Virus record (IMG/VR): IMGVR_UViG_3300045988_105383
Direction: 5' to 3' (one strand)
Source: a virus
Length of the DNA: 64,000 bases
In this document: positions 53,588-61,068 of the stretch, piece after piece
How positions within the stretch are numbered: the first letter of the stretch is position 1
Layout of the letters: each line of letters starts with the position of its first letter
Notes under the pieces: generated by a model
What the model saw: only the letters and a program-made list of their open reading frames with translations
Databases searched by the model: none
Told to the model about the DNA's origin: nothing
Translations under genes and position numbers: made by a program

Positions 53588-53598
53588 CGTGGTATAAT
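53570..53598 (+). promoter_or_regulatory. Rightward sigma-A-type promoter overlapping operator 3
   Basis: TTGCTA-17 nt-TATAAT with TGg extended -10. Confidence 0.55.
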
Positions 53599-53613
53599 TT
53601 TTACATCGGCGGC

Positions 53614-53638
53614 GGGACAAATGCCGCCGATCCGGTAG
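53614..53638 (+). promoter_or_regulatory. GGGACAA-N-GGTAG motif copy 1
   Basis: GGGACAAATGCCGCCGATCCGGTAG; 33 nt before ATG 53671; GGGACAAAT is the loop of a 9-bp hairpin (53605-53631). Confidence 0.6.
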
Positions 53639-53670
53639 ATTAAAAAGCAAAAGGCACGGGAGGGCATCAC

Positions 53671-54285
53671 ATGGCAGTAAGTGAGCGCAAAAAGGCATCG
53701 AACAAAAAGTGGGATGTTGCAAATATTGAGCGGCTATCTATTGCAGTCCCCAAGGGCGAGCGCGACGAGATTAGAGCATCGGCAGCGGCGGCGGGTGAGA
53801 GCATCAACAAATACATCATCGCGGCCATTCGGGCGCGGATGGGCGACGCGGACGGCGGCGCGTCTCCTGCGGCTGAGATCGTCCAGGCGGCGCAGCCGGT
53901 AGCAGAGGCGCAGCCGGGGCAGGTGCTCAACGGGGCCGCGCTGGAGTCGGCCAAGGTGGCAGCGGCGGCGGCCGGTGAGACTTTGCCCGCATTTGTGGCG
54001 CGGGCCGTCCAGCAGGCGGCGGACGCGGACGCGCGGGAGCGCCTGCTTGCGGTAGCGTGTAAAAATGCAAGTTTGCCGTCGTCAGCAGATGCAAGCGCGG
54101 CGGCTGAATCTTGCGCGACTTCCGCGTGTGATGTCGTGGACTGGGCCGCACGCACGGACCACCTGCGCGCGCTGCGAGAATCCGCCCGCGCGTCCGCTGG
54201 AATTCCAAGCCCTGAACAGACGGCTCCCGGAAATTCTGGGGACTTACCGCCTGAACAGGCAGGGTCGAAAACTCCGGGAGACTGA
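53671..54285 (+). CDS. Ribbon-helix-helix protein with internal RHH-like duplication and Ala-rich tail
   Basis: RLSIAVPKGERDEIRASAAAAGESINKYIIAAIRARM and a second LESAKVAAAAAGETLPAFVARAVQQA segment. Confidence 0.55.
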   Translation: MAVSERKKASNKKWDVANIERLSIAVPKGERDEIRASAAAAGESINKYIIAAIRARMGDADGGASPAAEIVQAAQPVAEAQPGQVLNGAALESAKVAAAAAGETLPAFVARAVQQAADADARERLLAVACKNASLPSSADASAAAESCATSACDVVDWAARTDHLRALRESARASAGIPSPEQTAPGNSGDLPPEQAGSKTPGD

Positions 54286-54304
54286 CGGCCATCTTTTGAA
54301 ATTG

Positions 54305-54411
54305 CTGAACAGCGCCCCTTCCAATTTCCGGGGAAAAACCTGAACAGCAGCGCTCCGCAGCTCCTGAACAGCACCAACTTGAATATTCTGAACAGCAGCG
54401 CCCGATCACTC
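54305..54411 (+). repeat. CTGAACAGC repeat array (24-nt period)
   Basis: CTGAACAG at 54212, 54251 (inside the CDS), 54305, 54340, 54364, 54388; the last three are spaced 24 nt; CTGAACAGCAGCGC identical at 54340 and 54388. Confidence 0.75.
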
Positions 54412-54426
54412 GGGCGCTATTTTTTT
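54397..54426 (+). terminator. Rho-independent terminator
   Basis: AGCGCCCGA-tcac-TCGGGCGCT followed by ATTTTTTT. Confidence 0.75.
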
Positions 54427-54436
54427 ACGTTTTTGC

Positions 54437-54460
54437 GGGACAAACGCAGAAATCGTGTAG
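54437..54460 (+). promoter_or_regulatory. GGGACAA-N-GGTAG motif copy 2
   Basis: GGGACAAACGCAGAAATCGTGTAG; 33 nt before ATG 54493. Confidence 0.6.
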
Positions 54461-54492
54461 CTATAAAGAAAAAGCAAAAAGGAGCACGTAAC

Positions 54493-54834
54493 ATGATTAT
54501 TGACCTCATTCTCGACCGCAAGGACGGCATTTTCTACAATCCATTCGATTTTTACATTGGCGTGGCAAGCTACGCCGAAACGGCCTCGGACATCGCCCAG
54601 AGAATCGCCGAAGCAATGGACGGCGGCGAGGAAGCGGACGTCCAGCGCGAACTCTGCGCATACATCGCGGCCAACAACTACGATCCGGAAATCTGCGAGT
54701 ATATCAAGTCGGTCAAATGGCTGGAAAAGGACGCTGAACAGCTGAATCCGATCTGCGTAGACTGCAAGCGGCGCGGAAGCACGTGCAGCGGCACGACCTG
54801 TCAGGCGTGGACCGGCTGCGTCTATCGAAAATAG
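54493..54834 (+). CDS. Hypothetical protein with C-terminal Cys cluster
   Basis: 113 aa from MIIDLILD behind AAAGGAG; CVDCKRRGSTCSGTTCQAWTGC. Confidence 0.55.
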   Translation: MIIDLILDRKDGIFYNPFDFYIGVASYAETASDIAQRIAEAMDGGEEADVQRELCAYIAANNYDPEICEYIKSVKWLEKDAEQLNPICVDCKRRGSTCSGTTCQAWTGCVYRK

Positions 54835-54857
54835 GTCAAAAAAATCCCGCCTTCGGC

Positions 54858-54881
54858 GGGACAAATCGGAAAATACGGTAG
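54858..54881 (+). promoter_or_regulatory. GGGACAA-N-GGTAG motif copy 3
   Basis: GGGACAAATCGGAAAATACGGTAG; 36 nt before ATG 54917; GCGGG is the 3' arm of hairpin CCCGCC-ttc-GGCGGG. Confidence 0.6.
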
Positions 54882-54916
54882 CTTCAAAGTCAAAGAACAG
54901 AAACGAGGTACACACC

Positions 54917-55135
54917 ATGAAACATGTCACAACAGTCAAGGCGCAGCTCGTCAAAACGTCCATCGGCTACGGCGTTGCCTATACGTGGCCGTCTGCAATT
55001 ACCGGCTCGATTATGGCGCATCAGGAGCGGTTCCAAACATTCCAGCAAGCGGAGAAATTCATCGACCGCCTGAAATGGGAGGCGGTGTTCTGGAATTTCC
55101 GCTTCCTGATCCGCGGAGCAAAAACGCCAGTCTGA
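54917..55135 (+). CDS. Hypothetical small protein
   Basis: 72-aa ORF with RBS GAGGT. Confidence 0.5.
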   Translation: MKHVTTVKAQLVKTSIGYGVAYTWPSAITGSIMAHQERFQTFQQAEKFIDRLKWEAVFWNFRFLIRGAKTPV

Positions 55136-55212
55136 ATGTCGCCGAAAAACCGCAAAGAATCCGAACCAACCAGCAGCGCCCAAAAACGTGAAAAAACCAA
55201 GCGACAGAAAAA

Positions 55213-55240
55213 CCGGGAGAAATCCCGGCTTTCTTTTTTT
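55213..55240 (+). terminator. Rho-independent terminator
   Basis: CCGGGA-gaaa-TCCCGG followed by CTTTCTTTTTTT. Confidence 0.7.
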
Positions 55241-55270
55241 CCCAAAAACGAGAAAATTTCCGAACCAAGC

Positions 55271-55294
55271 GGGACAAATCCAATTTTGAGGTAG
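55271..55294 (+). promoter_or_regulatory. GGGACAA-N-GGTAG motif copy 4
   Basis: GGGACAAATCCAATTTTGAGGTAG; 34 nt before ATG 55328. Confidence 0.6.
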
Positions 55295-55327
55295 CTATAA
55301 AGAAAAAACATAAAGGAGTCCTCCAAG

Positions 55328-55705
55328 ATGAAAAAAGCAGCAAGCCGCACGATCCCCTATCGGGTCTACAAAAAGATGTTTTCGGACTGCAAAGCCTACG
55401 ACTACAAAAGCGGAAAAATCACGGTTGACTTCCCTGTCGACTATCTGGAATCGAAGATGTACATACCGGACGGCTGGTACTCTGGTGCAAATTATGTTTC
55501 TAAACGGATTGGGCGCACAACCGCAGGCCGTGAGGTTCGGGCAGAGATCGCGGAGCATTCGGACGGCGGCTGCAAGTATTACGACGCCGTTGTGACGGTC
55601 GGGAACACGTTCTACGGCGGTTCTATGCGGACGCGGGACTTTATACGTTCGTTCGACGCCGCCATCGCGTGGGCAGTTGAAACCGCCGAAAGTTTTTTGA
55701 AATAA
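55328..55705 (+). CDS. Hypothetical protein
   Basis: 125-aa ORF behind AAAGGAG. Confidence 0.55.
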   Translation: MKKAASRTIPYRVYKKMFSDCKAYDYKSGKITVDFPVDYLESKMYIPDGWYSGANYVSKRIGRTTAGREVRAEIAEHSDGGCKYYDAVVTVGNTFYGGSMRTRDFIRSFDAAIAWAVETAESFLK

Positions 55706-55720
55706 GCGCACACAATTACA

Positions 55721-55747
55721 GCGCCGGATGAAATTCCGGCGTTTTTC
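55721..55747 (+). terminator. Rho-independent terminator
   Basis: GCGCCGGA-tgaaat-TCCGGCG followed by TTTTT. Confidence 0.7.
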
Positions 55748-55760
55748 CTTTATCCAGTGC

Positions 55761-55784
55761 GGGACAAACGCCGATTTCCGGTAG
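55761..55784 (+). promoter_or_regulatory. GGGACAA-N-GGTAG motif copy 5
   Basis: GGGACAAACGCCGATTTCCGGTAG; 43 nt before ATG 55827. Confidence 0.6.
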
Positions 55785-55826
55785 AGGTAAAGGTAGAACA
55801 TCAAAACTAATTTTGGAGGTATGAAT

Positions 55827-56153
55827 ATGAATAAACTGTATTTTGTGGAAACGAACGGCGGCTTCATGACAGTCGCAACAAGCGACGACGGACGCGCCTG
55901 CTACATGTGGCAGGACGGACGGGAGCAGAATTACCCGACGCAAAATCCCGCGTGGAACGAATCCGTCAGAACCGAGCGGGAGCAGATCGCGCTTGCGTGG
56001 CTTCGTAGCATTGCGGATGTGAACACGTTTGACGGTCTTTACGCCAACTCCGACGTGATAGAAAGCGGATACGTCGGAGTTTATACCGTGCAGGAGTTCC
56101 GGGAGGATCTCAAAAAAACCGGGGACAGAATCATTGCAAGCATCGAATTTTAA
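55827..56153 (+). CDS. Hypothetical protein
   Basis: 108 aa from MNKLYFVE; GGAGG 7 nt upstream. Confidence 0.55.
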   Translation: MNKLYFVETNGGFMTVATSDDGRACYMWQDGREQNYPTQNPAWNESVRTEREQIALAWLRSIADVNTFDGLYANSDVIESGYVGVYTVQEFREDLKKTGDRIIASIEF

Positions 56154-56157
56154 GAAA

Positions 56158-56197
56158 ATATCCGGGGGACGTGAAAAATCCCCCGGATATTTTTTTG
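56158..56197 (+). terminator. Rho-independent terminator
   Basis: ATATCCGGGGGA-9 nt-TCCCCCGGATAT followed by TTTTTTT. Confidence 0.8.
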
Positions 56198-56206
56198 CCC
56201 GTCAGC

Positions 56207-56230
56207 GGGACAACCGCAAAAAACCGGTAG
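56207..56230 (+). promoter_or_regulatory. GGGACAA-N-GGTAG motif copy 6
   Basis: GGGACAACCGCAAAAAACCGGTAG; 38 nt before ATG 56268. Confidence 0.6.
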
Positions 56231-56267
56231 AACCGAAGATAGAAAGAAAAAACGGAGGTACTTACTC

Positions 56268-56612
56268 ATGACTAACGCAGCAATCATTCTTGACGAATCT
56301 ATCCGCCTTATGCAGTCCGGCATCCTGTCCGGCACGGGCCATTTCATCGACATCGTAGACGAGAACGGCCAGACCGAGCAGCTGGAGCTCCCCGAGGAGA
56401 TTCACACCTTCAACGCCTGGAAGCAGCGCGGCTATATCGTCCGCAAGGGCGAGCACTCCATTGCGTCCTTCCCGATCTGGAAGTACATCGGCGGCAAGCG
56501 CAAAGAATCCGACGAGCCGCAGGAGGGCGACGAGGCCGAATCGAGCGGCTACTGCCGCATGAAACTTTCCCACTTCTTCACCGCCGCGCAGGTCCAGCCG
56601 CTGACGGTCTGA
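56268..56612 (+). CDS. ArdC-N-like (DUF1738-like) ssDNA-binding domain protein
   Basis: EEIHTFNAWKQRGYIVRKGEHSIASFPIWKY matches the TF-Q-W-G-VRKGEK core of ArdC N-terminal domains; acidic C-terminal part. Confidence 0.45.
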   Translation: MTNAAIILDESIRLMQSGILSGTGHFIDIVDENGQTEQLELPEEIHTFNAWKQRGYIVRKGEHSIASFPIWKYIGGKRKESDEPQEGDEAESSGYCRMKLSHFFTAAQVQPLTV

Positions 56613-56632
56613 GTCTGAGGAACTCACAAAAA

Positions 56633-56662
56633 ACGCACGGAAACAATCCGTGCGTTTTTTTT
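56633..56662 (+). terminator. Rho-independent terminator
   Basis: ACGCACGGA-aacaa-TCCGTGCGT followed by TTTTTTT. Confidence 0.8.
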
Positions 56663-56746
56663 CGTGCGTTCTTTGTGCGTTCGACTGTATCAAAATTCAC
56701 TTTTCCCGCATGTCATACTGAAATCAGAGAAAAATTTCAAATCCAC

Positions 56747-56770
56747 GGGACAAATTCAAATCTCCGGTAG
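56747..56770 (+). promoter_or_regulatory. GGGACAA-N-GGTAG motif copy 7
   Basis: GGGACAAATTCAAATCTCCGGTAG; 40 nt before ATG 56810. Confidence 0.6.
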
Positions 56771-56809
56771 CAATAACAGCGAAAAGAAACCGACCACGGA
56801 GGAACGGCT

Positions 56810-56908
56810 ATGAAAATCAAACTTCAAAAAATCCTGACGGCCATCGCCGTCATCGCCCTGTTCTATCTCATGCTCGGGGCGGATACCCTGATCGAATACA
56901 TTCTATAA
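56810..56908 (+). CDS. 32-aa single-TM peptide
   Basis: Own translation MKIKLQKILTAIAVIALFYLMLGADTLIEYIL; RBS GGAGGAA; has its own motif copy. Confidence 0.4.
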   Translation: MKIKLQKILTAIAVIALFYLMLGADTLIEYIL

Positions 56909-56921
56909 AGGGGCAGCAACC

Positions 56922-57293
56922 ATGAAAAACACGAAATTTCTTCGTAAAATGTGCGGCTTTTCCGCGCGGCACGGCCTCGATATGGAGCCCGAGAAAATCA
57001 GCGTCGCCATCCGCTGCCGGACCTACGAGCAGTACCGGGCGGCGCTCGCCGCGGCCTATCGCCTGAGAAACGTGAAGATCGAGAATCTGTACCATAGTCT
57101 GTTCATCCGCATCTACGATGCCGCCGACTGGCAGGCGTGGAAAGAAAGCGAGCAGCGCCGGCAGCAGATCGTCTATCGCTTCTGGGAGGCCATGCGCGAA
57201 AACGGCAGAGATCAAAAAGCCTCTCAGGCCGCAGCACACGACCTTGCCGTCCAGATCGGCGCTCTGAAGGAATACGAAGCCATCTACGCCTGA
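56922..57293 (+). CDS. Hypothetical protein
   Basis: 123-aa ORF. Confidence 0.5.
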   Translation: MKNTKFLRKMCGFSARHGLDMEPEKISVAIRCRTYEQYRAALAAAYRLRNVKIENLYHSLFIRIYDAADWQAWKESEQRRQQIVYRFWEAMRENGRDQKASQAAAHDLAVQIGALKEYEAIYA

Positions 57294-57309
57294 ACAGGAG
57301 GCCACGATC

Positions 57310-57462
57310 ATGAAATATAGCGAGATCATCCGAAGCATCGACGATATTTTCGACTACTTCAAATTTCACAACAAAAACATGACGAAAGCGCAGGAAGAAA
57401 AACTGTATGAGCTGCAAGACTTGATCCACGAACTTCGCATCACGCAGGAGAGAAATAAATGA
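57310..57462 (+). CDS. Hypothetical 50-aa protein
   Basis: Own translation MKYSEIIRSIDDIFDYFKFHNKNMTKAQEEKLYELQDLIHELRITQERNK behind GGAGG. Confidence 0.4.
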   Translation: MKYSEIIRSIDDIFDYFKFHNKNMTKAQEEKLYELQDLIHELRITQERNK

Positions 57463-57623
57463 AACGAAATCAGCACCGCCGAACCTTTGAATTTTTCAGC
57501 ACAGAACAGCAAGCCGCCGCATTTGTGGCGGCTCGCAAAAAGCAGCGCCGCAAGGCGTACCTGACCCCGTGGACATCAGCAGACGGAACAGAACACAAGT
57601 TTATCGTCTGGTATTACATCTGA
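57459..57623 (+). CDS. Hypothetical 54-aa protein
   Basis: Own translation MKRNQHRRTFEFFSTEQQAAAFVAARKKQRRKAYLTPWTSADGTEHKFIVWYYI; ATGA overlap with upstream stop. Confidence 0.4.
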   Translation: MKRNQHRRTFEFFSTEQQAAAFVAARKKQRRKAYLTPWTSADGTEHKFIVWYYI

Positions 57624-57639
57624 ACAGGAGGAACAGAAA

Positions 57640-57906
57640 ATGACCGTATATATTGCGCTTCACACTTGGGATACCCCGGATAACGAGGGCAGCGAAATTC
57701 TTGGCGTTTACTCAAACTTTGAGAAAGCCCGTGAACAGATCGAGGCCGGAGCCGCCGCCATCCGCGAAGAGTACGACGATGACCTGTGGGAGGATGACAT
57801 GACATGGGACGAACCCACAGAAATCCACCTCGGAAGAACCACGGATTTCATGGGAGACTATGCCACGATCTACAGCTGGGAGATCATCCCGCGCGAAATC
57901 GAATAA
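57640..57906 (+). CDS. Hypothetical acidic protein
   Basis: 88-aa ORF rich in D/E (EEYDDDLWEDDMTWDEPTE). Confidence 0.5.
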   Translation: MTVYIALHTWDTPDNEGSEILGVYSNFEKAREQIEAGAAAIREEYDDDLWEDDMTWDEPTEIHLGRTTDFMGDYATIYSWEIIPREIE

Positions 57907-57921
57907 AAAGCACCGGGAAAC

Positions 57922-57945
57922 GGGACAAATCCCGTTTCCCGGTAG
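57922..57945 (+). promoter_or_regulatory. GGGACAA-N-GGTAG motif copy 8
   Basis: GGGACAAATCCCGTTTCCCGGTAG; 43 nt before ATG 57988; inside a perfect 13-bp hairpin 57913-57942. Confidence 0.6.
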
Positions 57946-57987
57946 ATACATGGGTGCAATAAAGCCATCAGGCAGGAGGTATTTAAA

Positions 57988-58650
57988 ATGACGCAGCTCG
58001 AAATCTACCAGAAAATCGCCGATGCCGTGAACGCAGCAGCCGGTTCCAAGAATCCAAAAATGACCATCGTAACCGAAAGTGAGTTCGGCGGTGTGTACTT
58101 TTTGCACATCAATGCACATTCCGCAGATATCAAGCCTTATGCGCAGTACAAAGACGCGCTGACGATCTACTTCAAAAAGCGCGGTGGCCGCTCAGTCTAT
58201 GGAATGCGCTTCTATGGTACAAAGCCCGTGGCAATCTTCTCCGGGTGGCAAGAGACAACATGGGCGCAGCCCAGAAGCTTCCTTTGCTTTGACAAGAATA
58301 TGTTCTACGGTCTGGTTGATAGCTTCCCGAAGGAACAGAAGATTTCCGAAGAATCCGAGCGCGTTCACCTGTCCGAGATTCAGCAGAAGGGTAAGGTCTA
58401 CAAGGTTGTCAGCATGAACACGGACGACCCGCGGCCGCGCATGATCGTCGAAACATTTGAAACCGTCGAGCATCTGAAAAAAGCATTCGAGACCACCGGA
58501 GAATTCCACAGCGTATCCTGCCGGGCCGAGCTGCAAGGCGCGCCGAAGATTAAAAACTTCTGCGGGCCGATGTACGACGGCGAGGACAGCCAGGGGCGCG
58601 CGGTCATCCGCTACGAAACGCAGGAGGTCTACGACATTCTCAGCGCCTGA
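57988..58650 (+). CDS. Hypothetical protein
   Basis: 220-aa ORF behind AGGAGG. Confidence 0.55.
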   Translation: MTQLEIYQKIADAVNAAAGSKNPKMTIVTESEFGGVYFLHINAHSADIKPYAQYKDALTIYFKKRGGRSVYGMRFYGTKPVAIFSGWQETTWAQPRSFLCFDKNMFYGLVDSFPKEQKISEESERVHLSEIQQKGKVYKVVSMNTDDPRPRMIVETFETVEHLKKAFETTGEFHSVSCRAELQGAPKIKNFCGPMYDGEDSQGRAVIRYETQEVYDILSA

Positions 58651-58660
58651 TTTTAAAAAT

Positions 58661-58681
58661 GGCGGGACAATCCCGCCTTTT
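58661..58681 (+). terminator. Rho-independent terminator overlapping motif copy 9
   Basis: GGCGGGA-caa-TCCCGCC followed by TTTT. Confidence 0.6.
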
Positions 58682-58688
58682 CCCGTAG
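58664..58688 (+). promoter_or_regulatory. GGGACAA-N-GGTAG motif copy 9
   Basis: GGGACAATCCCGCCTTTTCCCGTAG; 35 nt before ATG 58723. Confidence 0.55.
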
Positions 58689-58722
58689 ATATAAAACCAG
58701 AACAGAAACCGGAGGTGCAACC

Positions 58723-58929
58723 ATGAAATACAGCAAAAAAACGGAACGTAAGCTTCTGGAAATTGCCATGCAGCATATGCCGCCCGTTGCAGATCGTGGA
58801 GACTTGAAAACGCGCAACTCAGACAGCGAGGACTTTCTCAATGTTGCTGTTTGGGGACTTCGGGACGCCCTGATGGAAGCATACGAACTCGGCAAGGATG
58901 AGAAGGGAGAAAACCGCCATGAAAGATGA
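58723..58929 (+). CDS. Hypothetical small protein
   Basis: 68-aa ORF behind GGAGGT. Confidence 0.5.
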   Translation: MKYSKKTERKLLEIAMQHMPPVADRGDLKTRNSDSEDFLNVAVWGLRDALMEAYELGKDEKGENRHER

Positions 58930-59128
58930 CTACAGACTCGGCTTTGGGTATCTCGGAAATGGGCTGACGGTATGGAACAGGGCGAAAGAGGTAAATCACG
59001 ACTATCAGACGGTCGCCCACATATCCTCTAGCGGAGAAATCACCTACTACAAACAGGATCTTCCGCAGTGTGTCCGGGCGCACATAGAACAAGTTGCACA
59101 AGAAGAACGTGACCATAGAAGACTTTGA
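58919..59128 (+). CDS. Hypothetical small protein
   Basis: 69 aa from MKDDYRLG behind GGGAGAA; overlaps upstream stop. Confidence 0.45.
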   Translation: MKDDYRLGFGYLGNGLTVWNRAKEVNHDYQTVAHISSSGEITYYKQDLPQCVRAHIEQVAQEERDHRRL

Positions 59129-59162
59129 ATCGCACGATTTTAGATAAGAAGGGAGAAAAACC

Positions 59163-60386
59163 ATGTATTACATCATCAACCGAGAAACCGAGAAGCTGGA
59201 GCTTCATTTTGATAAATCCGAATACCAGGCGCTTTCTGACGATCAACAATCCACCATCAAAAGCAACTTCCTCTTTTCAAGATACGGCGGCTGTTGGGTC
59301 AGCCGCGCAAAAATCCCGAACCTCTGGCGCGCAGAACAGGTTGCAAAGAGCCTTGGCGCGGAGAATCAGGGAAAGACGGGTGAGCTTCTTTCCTTCGAGG
59401 AAAAAATGGAGCGCAAAGCAGCCCGCGCGGAAGAACGAGCCGAGCGCATGGACGCGCGCGCCGATGCAGCAGAGCAGCGCGGCGAACAGCTGCAAAAGCC
59501 CATCAACGCCAGGCGCGGCGATATTGCGTTCTTCACCCAGCCGAACATCAACACATCCTCCGGGCGCGCCTTCACGCGCCAGCGCGAAAAAATGTTCGCC
59601 GCCTTTGAGCGCGGCATGGACGAGTTCAAAAAATCGGAATACTACGCCGAACGTGCCGAAGCCGCACGCAGAACAGCAAATCTGGAAAATTCCAAGGATA
59701 AGGCATTCTGCGACCGCCGCGTGAAGGATGCCGAGAAAAACATCCGGGCTATCCAAAAGAACCTCGAAGGCTACCGCGCGCGGCTCGAACGCATCCGGAA
59801 CGGCGAACAGCAGACCAGATTCAACGGAACAGTCATTGAACAGTCCGAAATCGAGCGCTGGATCGAGGACGCAGAAGAACGCCTGGAATCCGAAATCTCC
59901 CGCCTGTGCTATTATCAGTCCTGCATCGACGAGCTGGGCGGCGTACAGTACAGCCGTGAGAACATCAAGCCCGGCTACAAGGTAAAACTCAAGCGCTATG
60001 GCGTTTGCGAAGTTCTCAGCACCGGGCCGAAGAACATCGTATACGAGATTCTTTCCGGCGGAGCGGAGGGATTTACCGGACGCGCAGCCTATGCCGAAAT
60101 TCTGGAAGTGACCAGCTCCGAGGAAAAAGCGAAACCAACTCACCCCTTCAAAGTCGGCGATACCATCGTCGTAGAAGCAATTCGAGATAACGGATTTGTG
60201 CGGGAGACCCTTGAAGTTATTAAAACGACCAAATTAACCGTATCCATGAAGAATCGGGCAACCGGGGCGATCATCTGCAAAACGCCGAAAATCCGCTGGA
60301 CCAGAGACGGAAACAAATGGGTGCTGTTCTTCACGAATACCGATGGCCTGCTCACCCAGTATATCTATCGCAACCCGGAAGCGTAA
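59163..60386 (+). CDS. DUF3560-domain protein with C-terminal extension
   Basis: ERKAARAEERAERMDARADAAEQRGEQLQKPI...FTRQREKMFAAFERGMDEFKKSEYYAERAEAARRTA matches the DUF3560 pattern. Confidence 0.6.
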   Translation: MYYIINRETEKLELHFDKSEYQALSDDQQSTIKSNFLFSRYGGCWVSRAKIPNLWRAEQVAKSLGAENQGKTGELLSFEEKMERKAARAEERAERMDARADAAEQRGEQLQKPINARRGDIAFFTQPNINTSSGRAFTRQREKMFAAFERGMDEFKKSEYYAERAEAARRTANLENSKDKAFCDRRVKDAEKNIRAIQKNLEGYRARLERIRNGEQQTRFNGTVIEQSEIERWIEDAEERLESEISRLCYYQSCIDELGGVQYSRENIKPGYKVKLKRYGVCEVLSTGPKNIVYEILSGGAEGFTGRAAYAEILEVTSSEEKAKPTHPFKVGDTIVVEAIRDNGFVRETLEVIKTTKLTVSMKNRATGAIICKTPKIRWTRDGNKWVLFFTNTDGLLTQYIYRNPEA

Positions 60387-60403
60387 AAAAACTTACCGGC
60401 AGT

Positions 60404-60428
60404 GGGACAAACCGTCTCCTGCCGGTAG
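60404..60428 (+). promoter_or_regulatory. GGGACAA-N-GGTAG motif copy 10
   Basis: GGGACAAACCGTCTCCTGCCGGTAG; 35 nt before ATG 60463; enclosed by stem CCGGCAG/CTGCCGG (60396-60425). Confidence 0.6.
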
Positions 60429-60462
60429 CATTATATGTGAAATCAAAAAGGAGGCCGAAACA

Positions 60463-60777
60463 ATGACCAGAATCTACGAAGAAACCAGATACGACAAAGA
60501 AGCCGACGCGCTCGTCCACGTCGCCAACTGGAGTTTTACAGTCTATCCCGGCAGCAGTGAACAGTTCACCGTCTGCAAAAACGGCGTGGCAAAAACCGTC
60601 CGCGTCGAAGACTGCGGCAGCGAGTTCGTCTACAAGCTGCTGAAAACCAAGGTCAAGGCCGCTGGCGGCGCGCACGGGCTCTTTGAATGGCTCGACATGT
60701 GCCTTTCCGAAAAATTTGAAGAGTGCCACGCCTGGAAGGTCCTGCGCTGGTGCTTCGACACCTGCCGCCCGCTCTGA
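60463..60777 (+). CDS. Hypothetical protein
   Basis: 104 aa from MTRIYEE behind AAAGGAGG. Confidence 0.5.
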   Translation: MTRIYEETRYDKEADALVHVANWSFTVYPGSSEQFTVCKNGVAKTVRVEDCGSEFVYKLLKTKVKAAGGAHGLFEWLDMCLSEKFEECHAWKVLRWCFDTCRPL

Positions 60778-60793
60778 GAAAGGAGAACACAAC

Positions 60794-60985
60794 GTGAAGA
60801 TTCGGGCAAACATCAACGGTAAAGTCTTTCAGCGAACCGTCCATAAAACGACTGTTGAATTTTCCGACGGAAGCCGCGAACGCTTCAACTGCGTATCGAT
60901 CTCCGGCAGGGAATACGTCGTTCAGACCTGCAACGGAATCCCGGTCAGCGTCTATCCGCTGATTTCTTATCTTCTCATCCCGTAA
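60794..60985 (+). CDS. Hypothetical small protein (GTG start)
   Basis: 63 aa VKIRANINGK... behind AAAGGAG. Confidence 0.4.
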   Translation: MKIRANINGKVFQRTVHKTTVEFSDGSRERFNCVSISGREYVVQTCNGIPVSVYPLISYLLIP

Positions 60986-61068
60986 AATTTCCGGAAACCG
61001 CTGGAAAATCCGGAAGAGCCGTGATAAACTATGGATACCAGCATAAAGTAAAAAAGGAGAACAGAATC

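Noticed and set aside
53667-54377. 236-aa minus-strand ORF, and 53927-54409
   Set aside because: They lie antisense to the RHH gene, whose frame has a proper RBS, promoter context and a recognisable motif. Both are Ala/Ser/Arg-rich shadow frames.
54212-54411. CTGAACAGC repeat array as a CRISPR array
   Set aside because: The repeat units are only 9-14 nt with a 24-nt period, there are just a few copies, and no cas genes are present. Part of the array lies inside a CDS. It fits protein-binding iterons better.
57285-57630. Extra CTGAACAGG copies at 57290 and 57620 as members of the repeat family
   Set aside because: Both are explained by a stop codon TGA followed by an ACAGGAGG ribosome-binding site for the next gene. 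The resemblance is probably coincidental.
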